59,357 nt of DNA, taken from NCBI GenBank assembly GCA_044356395.1, contig JBIKWI010000004.1, positions 1 to 59,357 of the forward strand. Reading direction: 5' to 3'. A program made the position numbers and the translations under genes. This stretch comes from Tagaea sp. GTDB lineage: Bacteria; Pseudomonadota; Alphaproteobacteria; CACIAM-22H2. The notes under the pieces were generated by a model, which made no database searches, was not told where the DNA came from, and saw only the letters and a program-made list of their open reading frames with translations. This document shows positions 43,278 to 54,176 of this stretch, in pieces; position 1 is the first letter of the stretch; each line of letters starts with the position of its first letter.

Positions 43278-44282
43278 TCAGGCTTTCTTCAGCGCCTCGA
43301 TGCGCGCCACGCGAAGTTCGCCCGCGTCGATCGCGGCGATGCGCCGGGCCCACAGCTCGGCTTCCTTCATCAGGGCCTTGCCTTCGGCGGCATTGAGCAT
43401 GCCCTTGGCGACGATCGTGTCGATGCGCCGCCAGCCCTCGAGCACGACCGGGCGGAACTCCTTCGTGAAATCCTCGCTTCGCCGGACCGTGTAGCCGAGC
43501 GACTCGACCAGGAACGTGAACTGCGCCACCGTGCCCAGATAGGGCGGGCGCGGCTCGCCCTCGATATAACTTGCGAAGGCGGCGCCTTGCGTCTCGTCCT
43601 CGGAGAGCGCCCAGTCGAGCAGCAGGAAGCGGCCGCCCGGCTTCAGCGATTCGCCCACGCGCCGGACGAGCGCCGACTTGTCGGTGACCAGGGAAACGAC
43701 GTTGCGCAGCAGGGCCGCATCGTAGGTACGTGCCTTCCAGTCCGGCTTTTCGAGATCGAGGGGTGCGATAGGTGCGCGCAGGTCGAGCCCCTGCTTGGCC
43801 GACATGGCATCGCCGGCCTTGGCCTGCTCGGGCGAAAGGTCGAAGCCATGCGCGGTCGAGCCGTAGCGTTCGACGATCGCGCGGGTGCCGCCGCCGAGGC
43901 CGCAGCCGAGATCCATGACGGTCGAACGCTTGTCGACGATCAGCGAGGCGGCGAGTTCCGCCGCGAAATCGCCGCCGCCGGGAAACGAGAATCCGTCGCC
44001 CCAGATGAGCTGGGCCACGAGGATGCGCTCGGGGCTCCAATGGTCCTTGGGCGGCGGCGGCGCTTTGGCCTGCTCCGCCGGTGCCGGCCTGGATCTGGAC
44101 GCAGGCCCGGCGGCAGTCGCCGGCGCCGGCGCAGGTCTGGGCTTGCTCCCGGAAGGCAGGCGATAGCCTTCCCACCACGCATGGAGCTTGGTGCGAAGAT
44201 CCTGTTTGCCGCTTTTCCACCAAGGCGCCGCCGGCGTGCCGGCATCGGCGGAGGAGTGCGGAGATTCGTCTGACGGACACAT
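43278..44282 (-). CDS. Class I SAM-dependent methyltransferase with Pro/Ala-rich N-terminal extension
   Basis: Motif I VMDLGCGLGG, GFDLS and LKPGGRFLLLD. IWGDGFSFPGG resembles N-methyltransferase families. Confidence 0.8.
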   Translation of the reverse strand: MCPSDESPHSSADAGTPAAPWWKSGKQDLRTKLHAWWEGYRLPSGSKPRPAPAPATAAGPASRSRPAPAEQAKAPPPPKDHWSPERILVAQLIWGDGFSFPGGGDFAAELAASLIVDKRSTVMDLGCGLGGGTRAIVERYGSTAHGFDLSPEQAKAGDAMSAKQGLDLRAPIAPLDLEKPDWKARTYDAALLRNVVSLVTDKSALVRRVGESLKPGGRFLLLDWALSEDETQGAAFASYIEGEPRPPYLGTVAQFTFLVESLGYTVRRSEDFTKEFRPVVLEGWRRIDTIVAKGMLNAAEGKALMKEAELWARRIAAIDAGELRVARIEALKKA

Positions 44283-44417
44283 GACGAATTCTTTTTAGGC
44301 GGTGCGGTCCGCGAATCCAAGCCCGGCGACGGGCGAATCGTCGCGGACCGCCGGTCCGCTGGCTGCAGGCCCCGGCTGCCGCTACACTCGCGCGCCTTTC
44401 ACGCCAGCGGAGACGAT

Positions 44418-45326
44418 ATGGCGACGACCCCGACATTCGCGCTCGGCCCGAACTTCCTCGGCCTCGCGCGCGCCGACGCCGGTGCCCGCTTCTGCATCGC
44501 CGGCCTGCCGCTGGACATCGGCACCACGAACCGGGCGGGTGCGCGCGAGGGGCCTGCGGCGATCCGGGCGGCCAGCCGCATGCTGCGCGACGGCGTGCAT
44601 CCGGGAAGCTGGCGCGATCCGGCGGCGCTCGATCTTTCCGACATCGGGAATTTCGAGATCGCGCTGGGCGACATCGCGGCAAGCTACGCGCGCATCGAGG
44701 CGCAGGCGGCGGGTATCGGGCATCTGGTGGCGCTGGGCGGCGACCATGGGGCCACGCTGCCGCTGCTGCGGGCGCTCGCCAAGCGGCGCGGCGGACCGGT
44801 CGCCCTCGTGCATTTCGACGCGCATGTCGACACGTGGCCCGACAGTTTCGGCCAGCCCTACGGGCACGGGTCGGTCTTCTACCACGCGATCGAGGAAGGG
44901 CTGGTCGCCCCGGAACGCACGATCCAGATCGGCATCCGCAGCCCCGTCGAACGCGCCGTCTGGGACTGGACGGTCGGCAAAGGCGTCACGATCCTGACCG
45001 CGCAGGACGTGCACGCACGCGGCCCCGGCGCCGTCGCGGCCGAGATCCGGCGCGTGCTCGGCGCAGCACCCGCCTATCTTTCTTTCGACATCGACGCGCT
45101 CGACCCGGCCTTCGCGCCTGGAACCGGCACGCCGGAGATCGGTGGCCTTGCGACGTGGCAGGCGCAGGCGATCTTGCGCGCGCTCGGCGGCGTCGCCTTC
45201 ATCGGCATGGACGTGATGGAGGTGGCGCCGGCCTACGATCACGCAGGGATCACCGCCCTCGCCGCCGCAACGCTCGCGTGGGAATACCTGTCGCTCGTCG
45301 GCGAACTGCGTCCATCGCAAGGCTGA
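44418..45326 (+). CDS. speB: Agmatinase (ureohydrolase family)
   Basis: GAREGP, LGGDH, HFDAHVD, HGSVF and SFDIDALDPAFAPGTGTP. Adjacent to ornithine decarboxylase. Confidence 0.85.
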   Translation: MATTPTFALGPNFLGLARADAGARFCIAGLPLDIGTTNRAGAREGPAAIRAASRMLRDGVHPGSWRDPAALDLSDIGNFEIALGDIAASYARIEAQAAGIGHLVALGGDHGATLPLLRALAKRRGGPVALVHFDAHVDTWPDSFGQPYGHGSVFYHAIEEGLVAPERTIQIGIRSPVERAVWDWTVGKGVTILTAQDVHARGPGAVAAEIRRVLGAAPAYLSFDIDALDPAFAPGTGTPEIGGLATWQAQAILRALGGVAFIGMDVMEVAPAYDHAGITALAAATLAWEYLSLVGELRPSQG

Positions 45327-45402
45327 TCGGCGCCGCCGGCGCGATTGCCTCTTGAATCCCGGCACGATCGGCGTAAATACACGTGCAGACGCAAAGTCGC
45401 AC

Positions 45403-45654
45403 GTGCCCCAGGCCCACGAGGCAGCGCTAAGAGGCAGGGCGGAGAGCTCGCGAAGAGCACTCACGCCTCTCGACCACCAGGCGCTCGAGGTCAAGCAACG
45501 ACGTCACGCGTCCTTTCGGGTAAAGCCGGCCATCGATGGGCCGGCGCACCTGAAGGGAAACGGGATATCGCCTGCCGCAGACCTCGGGGCCATCCGTCCC
45601 GAAAACGCGCGCATCCGCATGGACCGGAATCCCTTCAGGCGCTTTATCGCTTGA
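45403..45654 (+). CDS. Candidate upstream ORF / leader peptide (GTG at 45403, or ATG at 45619 giving MDRNPFRRFIA)
   Basis: Stop-free frame across the leader. Its TGA overlaps the GAGGA SD of the decarboxylase. Confidence 0.35.
   Translation: MPQAHEAALRGRAESSRRALTPLDHQALEVKQRRHASFRVKPAIDGPAHLKGNGISPAADLGAIRPENARIRMDRNPFRRFIA
45430..45564 (+). ncRNA. Structured 5' leader resembling the alphaproteobacterial speF element
   Basis: Lies in a 340-nt gap upstream of a fold-III ornithine decarboxylase. Stems AGAGGC/GCCTCT enclosing GCTC/GAGC, and GCCGGCC/GGCCGGC preceded by AAA and followed by GCACC. Family assignment is from recall and genomic context. Confidence 0.6.
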
Positions 45655-45666
45655 GGATGACGTTCG

Positions 45667-46890
45667 ATGGCCAAGTCCCTGCTTCGCATTGCCGTATCGC
45701 CGCTCAAGCGCGGCCAGGAAGCGCCGGCGCCGCTGGCGCTGCCGCTGCCGCTGCTCGACGACGTCGTCGCGCGCGAAAAGCCGCAAGAGCCGCTGCACGC
45801 GCTTCGCCCCGCGACGCTGAAGCGCGCCGCCGCGCGCTTCGTCGCGGGCTTTCCCGGCGACACGCTCTATGCCGTCAAGTGCAACGCCGACCCGCGCGTG
45901 CTCCGCTCGCTGTGGGATGGCGGCGTGCGCCATTTCGACTGCGCGTCGCCGGCGGAGATCGCACTCGTGCGCTCGATGTTCGGGCGCGAGGCGTCGATCC
46001 ACTACATGCACCCGGTGCGCGCCCGCGCCGCGATCCGCGAGGCGTTCGCCCGCCATGCGGTGCGCGACTTCGTGCTCGATTCGGCCGCCGAGTTCGACAA
46101 GCTGCTCGAGGAAACGAAGGCGAAGCCCGGCGAGCTCAACCTGATCGTCCGCATGGCACTGCCCAAGGGCAAGGCGCGCTACGACCTGTCCGGCAAGTTC
46201 GGCGCGACCGCCGAGGACGCGGTCGCGCTGCTGCGCCGTGCGCGGCCGCTGGCCTTCAGGCTCGGCATCTCGTTCCATGTCGGCTCGCAGTGCGTCGACC
46301 CCGCCGCCTATGCCGACGCGATCGGCCGCGCGGAGGCCATCGCCGCCTCGGCCGGCGTGGCGATCGACGTGCTGGACGTCGGCGGCGGCTTTCCGGTCGC
46401 GTATCCCGACATCGAAGTCCCGCCGCCCGGCGCCTTCTTCGCCGCGATCGCGGCCGCGCATGCGCGCGCGCCGAATCTCGCCCGGGCGCGCCTGTGGGCC
46501 GAGCCCGGCCGGGCGCTCGTCGCCGGCGGCGGTTCGGTCGTCGTGCAGGTCCAGTCGCGCCGCGGCGACGTGCTGTTCGTCAACGACGGCGTCTACGGGT
46601 CGCTGTCGGATGCGGGCGTGCCGGCGTTCCGCTTCCCGGTGCGGGCCCTGCGCGCTTCGAGCGCGCCACTCCGGGACTTCGCGTTCTTCGGACCGACCTG
46701 CGATTCGGCAGACCGGATGGCCGGGCCGTTCCCGCTGCCCGACGACATCGCCGAAGGCGACTGGATCGAGATCGGCCAGCTCGGCGCCTATGGCGCATCG
46801 CTGCGCACCGCGTTCAACGGCTTCGACCGCGCCTATCTGGTCGAGATCGCCGACGGCCCGCTGCTGGCCACGCCCGGCCTCGACGACTGA
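45667..46890 (+). CDS. Type III PLP-dependent ornithine decarboxylase
   Basis: YAVKCN (PLP Lys), FDCAS, GKFG, SFHVGSQ, DVGGGF, AEPGR, FGPTCDSAD and GAYG. Confidence 0.9.
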   Translation: MAKSLLRIAVSPLKRGQEAPAPLALPLPLLDDVVAREKPQEPLHALRPATLKRAAARFVAGFPGDTLYAVKCNADPRVLRSLWDGGVRHFDCASPAEIALVRSMFGREASIHYMHPVRARAAIREAFARHAVRDFVLDSAAEFDKLLEETKAKPGELNLIVRMALPKGKARYDLSGKFGATAEDAVALLRRARPLAFRLGISFHVGSQCVDPAAYADAIGRAEAIAASAGVAIDVLDVGGGFPVAYPDIEVPPPGAFFAAIAAAHARAPNLARARLWAEPGRALVAGGGSVVVQVQSRRGDVLFVNDGVYGSLSDAGVPAFRFPVRALRASSAPLRDFAFFGPTCDSADRMAGPFPLPDDIAEGDWIEIGQLGAYGASLRTAFNGFDRAYLVEIADGPLLATPGLDD

Positions 46891-46973
46891 CGCCGGTACG
46901 GCGCTTGGCGGCCTCCGGATTCCGTGCGACGGTTCGTGGCGACGGCGTTCTCCCGGCTTACGTCGAGGTTCCG

Positions 46974-47693
46974 ATGCGCGGACTCCCGAAACGGCGCACA
47001 TTCCTGGCAGGCCTCGGTGCCGGCCTTGCCGCGGCCGCCCTGCCGGCGCGCGCCTCGGAAGCGGTCGACCTGCAGCTCGTCCTCGCCGCCGACGTCTCGC
47101 GCAGCATCGACAACAACCGCTTCCTGCTCCAGCGGCAGGGTTATGCCGCCGCGATCGCCGATCCGCGAGTCGTGCGCGCGATGACCGGCGGGCCCGCCAG
47201 GCGGCTTGCGCTCACCTACAACGAATGGTCGGGGCCGGGCGCCCAGCGCACGATGGTCGACTGGACGCTCATCGACGGCCAGGACAGCGCCGAGGATTTC
47301 GCCGCCCGCCTGCTCGCCCCGCCGCGCCCCTTCGCCGGTTCGACGGCCATCGGCGATGCGATCATGTTCTCGATGGAGGAATTCCGCCGCTGCCCGTTTC
47401 CCGCCCGGCGGCGCACCATCGACGTGTCGGGCGACGGCACCAACACCAGCGGCACGCTCGCGGGAACCGCACGCGACATCGCGGTCGAGGCCGGCATCAC
47501 GATCAACGGCCTTGCGATCCTGACCGAGACGCCCAGCCCGTGGAACCCGCTGCACACGCACCCGCCCGGCGGACTCGACGAGTGGTACCGCGCCAACGTG
47601 ATCGGCGGGACCGGCGCGTTCCTGCTGTCGGTTCTCGGTTTCGACACGTTCGCCTACGCCATGGTCAACAAGCTGTCGCGCGAAGTTTCCTGA
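46974..47693 (+). CDS. DUF1194 (vWA-like) protein with Tat signal
   Basis: KRRTFL leader, VDLQLVLAADVSRSID, TAIGDAI, IDVSGDG and GITINGLAI. Confidence 0.8.
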   Translation: MRGLPKRRTFLAGLGAGLAAAALPARASEAVDLQLVLAADVSRSIDNNRFLLQRQGYAAAIADPRVVRAMTGGPARRLALTYNEWSGPGAQRTMVDWTLIDGQDSAEDFAARLLAPPRPFAGSTAIGDAIMFSMEEFRRCPFPARRRTIDVSGDGTNTSGTLAGTARDIAVEAGITINGLAILTETPSPWNPLHTHPPGGLDEWYRANVIGGTGAFLLSVLGFDTFAYAMVNKLSREVS

Positions 47694-47705
47694 GGAGAGA
47701 GAAGG

Positions 47706-48782
47706 ATGAAGATGACGACGCGGCGCGCCTTCGTCGCCGGCGGAATGGCGGCACTCGCCGCCCCGGCCGTCGCCCAGCACGCCCATCACGGTCCGATGTT
47801 CGAACGGCTGAACCAGCCCGGCCGCATCGACGTTCCGCCGATCGCGCAGGAACAGCGCATGTACGATTCGATCGCACCCAAGGCCGCGAACCAGGGCAAG
47901 TGGTCGGCGCGCGCGCCGCTGCCGCTGCCCCGCACCGAGATGGCGTGGGCCGCCGAGCGCGCCGGGCGCATGCATCTGGTCGGCGGCTACGCCGAGCAGC
48001 GCGTCGACAAGCCGTATCACCACATCTACGACCCGGCCGCCGACACCTGGGTGCAGGCGGCCGACCTGCCGCTGGGCGCCAACCATGTGGGCGTGACCGT
48101 TCTCGACGGGCGGCTCTATGCGCTGGGCGGCTTCCTCGACCAGAACCGACGGCCGCACGCCGACTGCTTCGTCTGGGGAGCCGAAGGCGAACGCTGGAGC
48201 CGCATCGCGACGATGCCGCAGGCAGCCGGCGCCATGGGCTGCGTGGCGTATGAAGGCCGCATCCACGCGATCGGCGGCGCGTGGGGCGACACGGCCGAAG
48301 CGCGCGTGTCGATCGACCGCCACCTTGTCTACGACCCCAAGGACGACCGCTGGCGCACGGCGGCCCCGCTGCCCACCGCGCGCGACCATGTCGGCATCGT
48401 CGCGATGAACGGGCTGATCCACGTGATCGGCGGGCGCGTGACGAGTTTCTACACGAACTCGAACCTGCACCACACCTACGACGCCAAGGAAGACCGCTGG
48501 CGCATGCGCAACCCGCTGCCGACGGCGCGCTCCGGCCACGGGGCCACGCTCTATCGCGGGCAGATCTTCTGCATGGGCGGCGAAGGTTCCAACCGCGTGT
48601 TCGCGCAGAACGAAGCCTACGACCCGGTCGCCGACAAGTGGCAGGCCTATGCACCGATGCTGACGCCGCGCCACGGGATGGGCGCCGTGACGATCGGCGA
48701 TGCCATCTATGTGGCCGGCGGCGGCCCGGTCATGGGCGGCGGCGTCAAAAGTGCGGTGCACGAGTCCTTCTCGCTCGCCTGA
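47706..48782 (+). CDS. Kelch-repeat beta-propeller protein with Tat signal
   Basis: TRRAFV leader and about six Kelch repeats (VGG/LGG/IGG…YDP…W…P). Confidence 0.85.
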   Translation: MKMTTRRAFVAGGMAALAAPAVAQHAHHGPMFERLNQPGRIDVPPIAQEQRMYDSIAPKAANQGKWSARAPLPLPRTEMAWAAERAGRMHLVGGYAEQRVDKPYHHIYDPAADTWVQAADLPLGANHVGVTVLDGRLYALGGFLDQNRRPHADCFVWGAEGERWSRIATMPQAAGAMGCVAYEGRIHAIGGAWGDTAEARVSIDRHLVYDPKDDRWRTAAPLPTARDHVGIVAMNGLIHVIGGRVTSFYTNSNLHHTYDAKEDRWRMRNPLPTARSGHGATLYRGQIFCMGGEGSNRVFAQNEAYDPVADKWQAYAPMLTPRHGMGAVTIGDAIYVAGGGPVMGGGVKSAVHESFSLA

Positions 48783-48902
48783 CGCCCATTGGGCCAGTTG
48801 GTCGGGCCGACGTTGCTGGCCCCAGCGTTGCATAATGCGACCGGCCGGGCTTTACTCGATCGCCCGGCAAATCAAGTTCCCCGTGGAACCAACGAGGCCG
48901 CC

Positions 48903-49603
48903 ATGACCTGGTCCGTCGTCGCCCGCGATCCCGCAACCGGCGAAATCGGCATTGCCGTCGCCACGCGCTTTTTCGCGGTCGGCGCCCTGTGTCCGTATGT
49001 ACGGCCGGGGGCGGGGGCAGTCGCCACGCAGGCGCTGATCAATCCCTATCACGGCATCGACGGCATCGAACTGCTGGCGCGCGGCATGCCTGCGCCCGAA
49101 GCACTCGCGGCGCTGATCGCGCGCGATGCCGGGCGCGACGTGCGCCAGGTCCACCTCATGGATGCCGCCGGCCGGTTCGCCGCACACACCGGCAAAAGCT
49201 GCGTGGACTGGGCAGGCCATCTCGTGTTCGACGAATTCTCGGTCGCCGGCAACATGCTGGCGGGCAAGCAGGTGATCGAGGCGACCGCAAAGGCGTTCGA
49301 GGCCGCGCGCGGAAAGCCTCTGGCCGAGCGCTTCCTCGACGCGCTCGACGCGGGCGATGCCGCCGGCGGCGACAAGCGCGGCCGCCAGTCGGCCGCCATC
49401 CGCATCCATTCGGGTGACGAGTATCCCGATCTCGACATGCGCGTGGACGACCACGAACTGCCGCTCGTCGAACTGCGCCGGCTCTATGCCGTAAGCAAGG
49501 AGCGCTTCGCGATCTTCCGCCCGTTCCTTGCCACGCGTGCCGACATCGCAGGCACCTACGACCGCGCGACGATCGACGCCGCGATGGCCGCCGCCGGGGT
49601 CAA

Positions 49604-49607
<4 letters not shown>
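48903..49607 (+). CDS. DUF1028 family (Ntn-hydrolase-like) protein
   Basis: MTWSVVARD with N-terminal Thr nucleophile candidate, [24 protein letters not shown] and DMRVDDH. Confidence 0.85.
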
Positions 49608-50583
<976 letters not shown>

Positions 50584-50587
<4 letters not shown>

Positions 50588-51654
50588 CGAAGCCGCTGCT
50601 GCGCGCTTTCGATCTCGTGAAGCACTTCCCCGTGCGCAAGGGCCTGTTCGGGCGCGCGACGGGCATGGTCAAGGCGGTCGACGGCGTGTCGCTCGACGTC
50701 GCCGCCGGCGAAACGCTGGGGCTGGTGGGCGAAAGCGGCTGCGGCAAGTCGACGGTGGGGCGCATGCTGCTGCGCCTGATCGAACCTACCTCCGGCCGGA
50801 TCGAGTTCGACGGCACAGACCTGATGGCGCTCGACGAGGCCGCGATGCGCGCCCAGCGCCGGCACCTGCAGATCGTCTTCCAGGATCCCTACGCCTCGCT
50901 CAATCCGCGCATGACGGTGGGCCAGATCGTCGGCGAGCCGCTGATGCTGCACGGGCTTGCAAGCGGGGCCGCGCGGATCGACAAGGTGCGCGAGCTGCTG
51001 TCGGTCGTGGGCCTGCGCCCGGAGCACGACCGGCGCTATCCGCACGAGTTCTCGGGCGGGCAGCGCCAGCGCATCGGGATCGCGCGCGCCCTTGCCGCCG
51101 GACCCAAGCTGATCGTCGGCGACGAGCCGGTCTCGGCCCTCGACGTGTCGGTGCAGGCGCAGGTGCTGAACCTGCTTAAAGACCTTCAGGCGAAATTCGG
51201 CATGGCGCTCGTGCTGATCGCGCACGATCTTGCCGTGGTCAAGCATGCGGCCGACCGCGTGGCCGTGATGTATCTCGGGCGCATCGTCGAGATCGCGGAC
51301 AAGGGCGGCCTTTACGTGCGGCCGCGCCATCCCTATACGCAGGCGCTGCTCGCCGCGATCCCGGTGCCCGATCCGTCGGTCGCGCGCGCGCGCACGCTGC
51401 TGCAGGGCGACGTGCCCAGCCCCATCGATCCGCCGCCCGGCTGCCATTTCCACACGCGGTGCGCGTTCGCCAAGGACCGCTGCCGCACGCAAAGCCCGCG
51501 GCTCGAACCCGCCGGTGCGGGCCATTCGGTCGCCTGCCATTTCTGGCGCGACATCCCCGACTTCGCCGCACTTTCCATCCCGCCGGACAGCCCCGCACAG
51601 GCCCGCCTCGAGCGGCTGCAGGGCCGCTTCGTCGAACGCACCGTCCATTCCTGA
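50584..51654 (+). CDS. Dipeptide/oligopeptide ABC transporter ATP-binding protein (DppF-like)
   Basis: [28 protein letters not shown] and GCHFHTRC. Confidence 0.9.
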
Positions 51655-51682
51655 CCCACCCATTCCTGAACCGCGAGGAGAG

Positions 51683-53209
51683 ATGACCATGTCGATCACC
51701 CGAACGCTGATGGCCGGCCTTGCCGCCATCGCCCTGACCGCCGGGGCCGCGCACGCGCAGACCACGCTGCGAATCGGCCTTGCCGAGGACCCCGACGCGC
51801 TCGACCCCACGACCGCGCGCACCTTCGTGGGCCGGATCGTGTTCGCCAGCCTGTGCGACAAGCTTTTCGACATCGACGACAAGCTCAACATCGTCCCCCA
51901 GCTCGCGACCGGCTACAGCTGGGGCGGCGAGGGCAAGGAACTGACGATCAAACTTCGCGACGGCGTGACGTTCCACGACGGCGAGAAGATGGACGCCGAG
52001 GCTGTGCGCTTCAGCCTCGACCGGCACCTCAACATGCAGGGCTCGTTCCGCCGCTCGGAAATCTCGGCGCTGCAGAAGATCGATGTCGTCGACCCGCTGA
52101 CGGTGAAGCTGACGCTGTCGGCACCCTTTGCACCCTTCGTCGCCCAGCTCACCGACCGTGCGGGCATGATCGTCAGCCCGAAGGCGGCACAGGCCGCCGG
52201 CGCTCAGTTCGCTGCCAAGCCCGTGTGCGCGGGCCCGTTCCGCTTCGTCGAGCGCGTGGCGCAGGACCGCATCGTCGTCGAGAAGTTCCCGCAGTACTGG
52301 GATGCCGGCAAGATCGGCGTCGACCGCGTCGTCTACCTTCCGATCCCCGACCATTCGGTGCGCTTCGCCAACCTGCAGGGCAACGCGCTCGACCTGATCG
52401 AACGGCTGCAGCCGACCGACATCCCGGCCGTGCGGCGCAACCAGCGCCTGAAGCTGTCGGCGGTCGAGGAGCTCGGCTACATGGGCATGTGGCTCAACGT
52501 GGCCAACGGCGAGAAGGCGAATTCGCCGATCGGCAAGGACCGGCGCGTGCGCGAGGCGTTCGAACTGGCCATCGACCGCGCCACCATCGTCCAGGTCGTC
52601 TATAACGGCGAATATACGCCGACGGTCCAGGCGATCCCGCCGGCAAGCCCGTTCGCCAACAAGGCGGCGAAGATTCCCGCACGCAACGTCGAACGCGCCA
52701 AGGCGCTGCTGCGCGAGGCCGGCTTCACGGCGCCCGTCGTCGTCAACCTGATGGTCGCCAACAGCCCGGACTTCCGCCAGGTCGGCGAGGTGATCCAGTC
52801 GATGGCGCGCGAGGCAGGCTTCGACGTGCGTATCCAGGCGACCGAGTTCGCCACCTCGCTGAGCACCGCCGAGAAGGGCGACTATGAAGCCTATATCGTC
52901 GGCTGGTCGGGCCGTCCCGATCCGGACGGCAACCTGTTCAGCTTCGTCACGTCGCGCGGGCCGCTCAACTACGCCAAGTTCGCCTCGCCCGAGGTCGACA
53001 AGCTGATGGCCGACGCGCGGATCGTGCCGGACGTGGCGCAGCGCACCGCGCTCTACACGAAGGCGGCCGACCTGGTCCAGGCGGAGAAGCCGATTCTCTA
53101 TCTGTGGCACCGCAAGAACCTGGTCGCGCACACCGCCCGGGTCTCCGGCTTCGTCGCGGTTCCCGACGGGCTGATCCGCCTGCAGGGCATCCGCCTCGCG
53201 GCGAACTGA
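51683..53209 (+). CDS. ABC transporter substrate-binding protein (family 5)
   Basis: GAGGAG SD, signal peptide (AAHA-Q), DPDALDP, LRDGVTFHDG, GPFRF and WSGRPDPD. Confidence 0.9.
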   Translation: MTMSITRTLMAGLAAIALTAGAAHAQTTLRIGLAEDPDALDPTTARTFVGRIVFASLCDKLFDIDDKLNIVPQLATGYSWGGEGKELTIKLRDGVTFHDGEKMDAEAVRFSLDRHLNMQGSFRRSEISALQKIDVVDPLTVKLTLSAPFAPFVAQLTDRAGMIVSPKAAQAAGAQFAAKPVCAGPFRFVERVAQDRIVVEKFPQYWDAGKIGVDRVVYLPIPDHSVRFANLQGNALDLIERLQPTDIPAVRRNQRLKLSAVEELGYMGMWLNVANGEKANSPIGKDRRVREAFELAIDRATIVQVVYNGEYTPTVQAIPPASPFANKAAKIPARNVERAKALLREAGFTAPVVVNLMVANSPDFRQVGEVIQSMAREAGFDVRIQATEFATSLSTAEKGDYEAYIVGWSGRPDPDGNLFSFVTSRGPLNYAKFASPEVDKLMADARIVPDVAQRTALYTKAADLVQAEKPILYLWHRKNLVAHTARVSGFVAVPDGLIRLQGIRLAAN

Positions 53210-53231
53210 CGTACGGGAAGGAAGCGCCGCC

Positions 53232-54176
53232 TTGTTCACGTTTCTCGCCCGCCGACTCTCGAGCATCCTGCCGACGCTGTTCGTCGTCTCGATGCTCGTG
53301 TTCGGGCTGCAATTGCTGCTGCCGGGCGATCCCGCCTCGGTCATGGCGGGCGAGGAACGCGACGAGGAGGTGCTGGCCCAGATCCGCGCGCGCTACGGTC
53401 TCGACCGGCCGATTCCGGTCCAGTACGCCAACTGGCTGTGGAACGTGCTACATGGCGACCTTGGCGAATCGATGCGGCTGTCGAGCCCGGTCTCCGATCT
53501 GGTCCTCGCCAAGCTGCCGGTCACGCTGCAACTCGGCGGCATGGCCTTTATCATCGCGTGCCTGATCGGCATCCCGATGGGCGTGCTGTCGGCCGTGCGC
53601 AAGGACGGGTTCTGGGACTATGCGGCGAACGCGGTGGCCCTGTGGGGGTTGTCGACGCCGAATTTCTGGCTCGGGATCCTGCTGATCCTTTTCGTGTCGG
53701 TCGAGATGGGCTGGCTGCCGCCGTCGGGCTATGTGAGCCCGTTTGAGGACTGGCGGCAGAGTCTGGCGACGACGATCATGCCCGCCTTCGTGCTGGGCAA
53801 CTCGATCGCGGCCGTGCTGATGCGCCACACGCGCGCGGCGATGCTGCAGGCGCTCAACCAAGACTATGTGCGAACCGCGCGCGCCAAGGGGCTTTCCGAG
53901 GGCAAGGTCGTCAACAAGCATGCGTTGCGCAACGCGCTGATCCCGGTCGTCACGCTGGGCGCGCTCGAACTGGGCGCGCTGTTTTCGGGTGCCGTGCTCA
54001 CCGAGCAGGTCTTCACGATCCCGGGCTTCGGCAAGCTCGTCGTCGATGCGGTGTTCAACCGCGACTATATGGTCGTGCAGGGCGTGGTGCTGGTGACGGC
54101 CACGGCCTATGTGGCGCTCAACCTGATCGCCGACATCCTCTACTTCCTCATCAATCCGCGCCTGCGCCAGCAATGA
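53232..54176 (+). CDS. ABC transporter permease (DppB-like)
   Basis: LPGDPA, GLDRPIPVQY, GDLGES and QDYVRTARAKG. Confidence 0.9.
   Translation: MFTFLARRLSSILPTLFVVSMLVFGLQLLLPGDPASVMAGEERDEEVLAQIRARYGLDRPIPVQYANWLWNVLHGDLGESMRLSSPVSDLVLAKLPVTLQLGGMAFIIACLIGIPMGVLSAVRKDGFWDYAANAVALWGLSTPNFWLGILLILFVSVEMGWLPPSGYVSPFEDWRQSLATTIMPAFVLGNSIAAVLMRHTRAAMLQALNQDYVRTARAKGLSEGKVVNKHALRNALIPVVTLGALELGALFSGAVLTEQVFTIPGFGKLVVDAVFNRDYMVVQGVVLVTATAYVALNLIADILYFLINPRLRQQ

Noticed and set aside
42885-43300. tRNA-Ser as an integration site for a genomic island
   Set aside because: No integrase nearby, no duplicated tRNA 3' end noticed in the window, and no compositional shift downstream.
45383-45430. Short GTG ORF (VQTQSRTCPRPTRQR*) suggesting an antizyme-like frameshift into the leader ORF
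   Set aside because: It has no SD, its start lies at or before the likely transcription start, and no recognisable shift site is present. Too speculative without homologues.
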